Shown here in pieces: positions 60,401 to 64,000 of a stretch of DNA of 64,000 nucleotides. Source of the stretch: Trichoplax adhaerens (Eukaryota; Animalia; Placozoa); NCBI RefSeq assembly GCF_000150275.1, contig NW_002060967.1:62001-126000 (forward strand). Reading direction: 5' to 3'. A program made the translations under genes and the position numbers. The notes beneath the pieces were generated by a model that had not been told where the DNA came from, did no database searches, and saw only the letters and a list, made by a program, of their open reading frames with translations. The stretch's first letter is position 1, and the number at the start of each line of letters is the position of its first letter.

Positions 60401-63140
60401 CGTATATAAGCGTTAATCTATGAAGAAATGAATACATATGACTTTGATATTATTCTCTACTCATCGTTCTCCTTTCATAATATATTTATAACCTATCGTC
60501 ATTCGTAAACGATCCCTTGCAGCTTCAATATTTGTAGGCAAATATTGATATTCTTGGTCAAGCCTTGAACATAAGTTTTGCATCTTGGCTAATATTTGGT
60601 CATTATTAATTTGACCTAAGATTTTTGAAGATAGAAATAAACATAGATTATTTAATTTACGGAATCAAGCTATCACTTTAAAAGTCATTACAGTAGTTAT
60701 AAATAGCAGATAAAATATAGTGGTGACAGTGTAGATCGACAACGATAACAATTACTAAACCTAATTATATTAATTTTGTCTTTTAGTTTTATTTGATGTC
60801 ATAAAAACTCCATTTCAACACATTAATCTATGGTAGATCCATACTCATTAAGCACTATAAACAAAGGTCTAAATTCCTTGTGCAATAACATAAACTGACT
60901 ATTATTCGTCACAACAGAATTTTATTTGATAGATGATTTACAGACTGTGATATTAAGCAATGATACTTGCCCATAGTAAGCCAAGAGACTCCACCGGGGA
61001 AACAAGTCCCAATTAATTTAGCAGAACGTAATGATTCCGCTGCTAAAACAGTCTTGCCAGATCCTCCCATACCATGTAATATAACCCAACCTTCTTGATT
61101 CTGCAATGATTGTAATCCATTTCGTAGTGTTTCTAACGCTTTCTCTCTTTTGATATGTACGTTTGGGCGTTGAGGTACACCACCTTCTACTAGCATTGGC
61201 AAAACTAATCAAATAAGAGTAAAACAATCATAGCAAATTAATAAGACAAGCAAGTTGTAATTGTAACCTATTAGCATCAATTCATTACTACTAAAGAGAA
61301 TTATGTTGATTATCGAACCATCAACAGTTTATCAACGCTTTTTGCAGTGGGCCAGCTACTGTAATTATCCATGAAAAGTATAATATACTGTATCAGCTCG
61401 GTCAATAACTCTAGCAAAGCAAATGTAAACTTTGTATACTGTCATAACGTTATGGTCCTTTACAAGTGTCGCCAGTGGATTAGCAACATCAGTTTCATTG
61501 CTCTTTCACTAAAATTATTGTTTTAACAGAGTAGGGCCAATGTAATGCCATGAAAAGAACTGTTCTATGGTATTTTTCCCCTAATTTTATTGTGCACTAG
61601 GGATCTTACTAGTAAAATGAACAACATGCAGGGAAGTTTTTCAAGTGAATTCAATAGATTTACATATAGCTGACAGTAGAGCAAACGGTATCTTTCGTAC
61701 TTGCTTCTCCGAAGGCATCATCACGCTAGGGACTACTTTATTAGATAATTGTAGAAAAAGATCCACTTCTAATTTTTGGTTGAAGCAGTCCCTGGCCAAG
61801 CTATGCCAAGAGAAAGCAATCTTGGGTCATCATTGATACTACTTTCGATTATGCCGTATTGTATTACATGTTATCGAGTAGAACAGAAGGCCTACATCGA
61901 AGAGAATTCCATAGGAATAGAAAAATAAGTTCCAGCGCTGCTAGTCATCGCAATATACGGCAGAATCCTTCTTGATGACCATTAACTTAGTCTCTTACCG
62001 CCTTAATTATTATTTTTCACTACGGATAAACAAGTATCAATTCCATCATCATTTCTATACGTTGTTCACTAGATAATTTGATTGATCGATTGCAATCAAT
62101 TTGGAGTTATCATCCTTGTTAAAGAAGTCTTTGATAATAAAATGGATGTTGTAGCCATTACTTCGTCCTAGTGAGAATGTTATAGCATGAACTACTCGAT
62201 CGATCATGGTGAATCTAGTAGTTTATGGTTGTAGCATTCATAGATGTCACGACTACGACAAATAATGAATCTATCTGCCCTAATTCCTAGACATTACCAG
62301 TCTATCATACATAACAATTCGCTGCATGCAGTAGACTTGCTTTGCATTTGTGATTGATTTTGATCTATAGTATCATCATCACTGACATAAAGTTATACTA
62401 TACTATCACCAAGATTACGATAGTATAACGAATGTGTCTGCTACATACTTTAAATCGTTGGTGTAATACTATTCAATGCAAAGATAGCCGAATAGTCATG
62501 GATAAAGTGGGGCAAAAAATAGTTTTGCTAAAACGATAATGACTAATTCTGAAGAAAAAAGCCGAAAAAGCAATAGGAGGGAAGATACACGCACGTATGT
62601 CAAAACGCATAAAAAGCGCCGAGTTACAGTCACCATCTTGACGCACTAATTAGCTAATTAGCACTAAAATGACCCATCCAATCATAGGAGATGTAAGTAT
62701 TCATTAGCAGCAAGATTGGAAAAGTTGGCGTCCATGTATGACATGGTTGGACTAGAATACTACAATTTATTTGGATCATGTCTCTGTAAGGTGGAATTGG
62801 ATGTTGACTTACTTGATTCTAAATCATCTTCAGGTTGCAATTCACTAGGTGAATCAGGAGAGTCAATGTCTCCTTTTAATAATTGTGCAAGATGAGGATA
62901 ACTCTCTTGTAGAGCAAGGCGAAAGCTACGAAATGCCCGATAACCTTTCTCAGGAATGAGATCCAATAATGCCCGAGCTCGATCGGCGTTGGTTTCTTTA
63001 GCTTCGATACGTTCACAATCATCACGAGTGACAATTTCTTGCGAATATAAGATGTCTAATATGCGACGGACTCGCATATCTTGTACAATTGCCACTCGAT
63101 GCTTGATTAATAGATGGCGTTGGCTTTCTGTAGCAGCCAT
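54479..63140 (-). CDS. APAF1: Apoptotic protease-activating factor 1 (CARD + NB-ARC + HD2 + WD40 propellers), multi-exon
   Basis: CARD exon 63140-62813 (RARALLDLIPEKGYRAFRSF). EGGVPQRP, Walker A LHGMGGSGKT, Walker B LLILDDVW, sensor LVTTRD, ECKSSPLAISMIGALL, YGIHDLQMDFL, FYLNW, then about 15 WD40 repeats ending FVTIDSESIVYILKRL. Confidence 0.96.
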
Positions 63141-63221
63141 TTTAAATGTAAATTATCGCCTTGGGCTGCTGCTACGTGTTAATGAATGTCCGCTCCGATT
63201 GCTGAAAGTTCCTAGCTGCTT

Positions 63222-63230
63222 CTTTTTATA
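63222..63230 (-). promoter_or_regulatory. Candidate TATA box of APAF1
   Basis: TATAAAAAG on the minus strand about 85 bp upstream of the ATG. Motif match only. Confidence 0.4.
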
Positions 63231-63618
63231 CGCCACTGCAATGAGTGACAGATCGACAGACTGCTTGCATCCAGTCATGGATTTCCAGTATGGGGGTTCC
63301 CAAAGGCTTCTTTCTTCCGCTGTCTTGATGTCAATCATAACATGGATCCTATTCACTCATGGTTGCTCTAACATTTGCAGCATTAGACAAACTTTCCCAG
63401 ACTACCAATGGCATCCATTTCAATCTCGTCCAGAAGTGTACTCGGTGGAATCAAACCTAGCCATGGACGCTATGTCAGCGACGACTAGCCAAAGTCTAAT
63501 AATATAATTTCCCCATCAAAAATAAAAATAACAAACAAAGTTATGGATACTTGGAGGATTGCAACATGATCTAATTTGATTACCATGTAGTGTATGTGCT
63601 CCTACTGTATTCAGCATC

Positions 63619-63975
63619 ATGGACTACTAGAAGGAAAGCTAGGCTGATTTTTCTTCTACTGTACACTGAGTATGCCGTAATCAAGTCTACATGTATGTTC
63701 ATAACGATCGCAAATTCAAGGTCTTATATCAACAATGTTAAGGGATACTGGAAGGATTGAAGCAGAATTCTCCCCCCAATTTTATCATCGTATTCCATAC
63801 AGCGTAACCCACTTGCTAATCGATTCTGTACTCATTACTCCTTGTCATAGACTATTGGAAGAAACTTAGGCTGCATTTTCTTCTATGTCATGGACTACTC
63901 GAAAAATACCAAGGCACCATTTTCTTCTATCATGGACTACAGGAAGAAAGTTTGGCTACACTTTCCTCTAGTAGG
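63619..63975. repeat. Diverged ~43-bp repeat, 4 copies
   Basis: CATGGACTAC...GGC...TTTTCTTCTA-like units at ~63619, 63846, 63889 and 63931. Confidence 0.7.
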
Positions 63976-64000
63976 TCCATGTTAATTTACTCGCTACTCA

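Noticed and set aside
61645-62200. Peptide GYNIHFIIKDF in APAF1 intron 1, reminiscent of a Polinton-type PolB exonuclease motif
   Set aside because: It lacks the preceding HN and the catalytic Asp, is surrounded by stops, and no other polymerase motifs are present.
62956-63507. 183-aa plus-strand ORF and 67-aa minus-strand ORF (63153-63356) at the APAF1 5' end
   Set aside because: The first is an antisense shadow of the CARD exon and GC-richer promoter. The second spans the candidate TATA box. Neither has recognisable motifs.

Overview
AT-rich eukaryotic (animal) genomic DNA with compact genes and many short GT-AG introns. The style suggests an early-branching metazoan such as a placozoan, but that is inference only. 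Two 50-N assembly gaps lie at 21081-21130 and 51398-51447. Nine genes can be reconstructed by hand-splicing, in order: LARGE xylosyl/glucuronyltransferase (+), Ku70/XRCC6 (-), an intronless NAD(P)-dependent epimerase/DFR-like reductase (+, repeated near-identically across the first gap), LIN7 (+), a compact TRAF6-like E3 (-), FBXO47-like (+), YOD1/OTU1 (-), UBE2M/Ubc12 (+) and a full CARD-NB-ARC-WD40 APAF1 (-). A decayed partial Ku70 duplicate follows the reductase. Non-coding structure includes a 10-copy 94-104 bp tandem array, a 4-copy ~155 bp hairpin/uORF array whose last unit supplies the reductase start codon, Helitron-type 3' ends (one differing between the two near-identical copies), a 22-bp inverted repeat, CAGTA/TACTG low-complexity tracts and a decayed intronless ORF in the first 2.2 kb. 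No CRISPR array, rRNA or tRNA was found. No clear-cut new multi-gene system is demonstrable. The best leads are the direct-repeat-flanked reductase cassette, the in-frame uORF on TRAF6, and the ubiquitin/NEDD8/apoptosis gene cluster.
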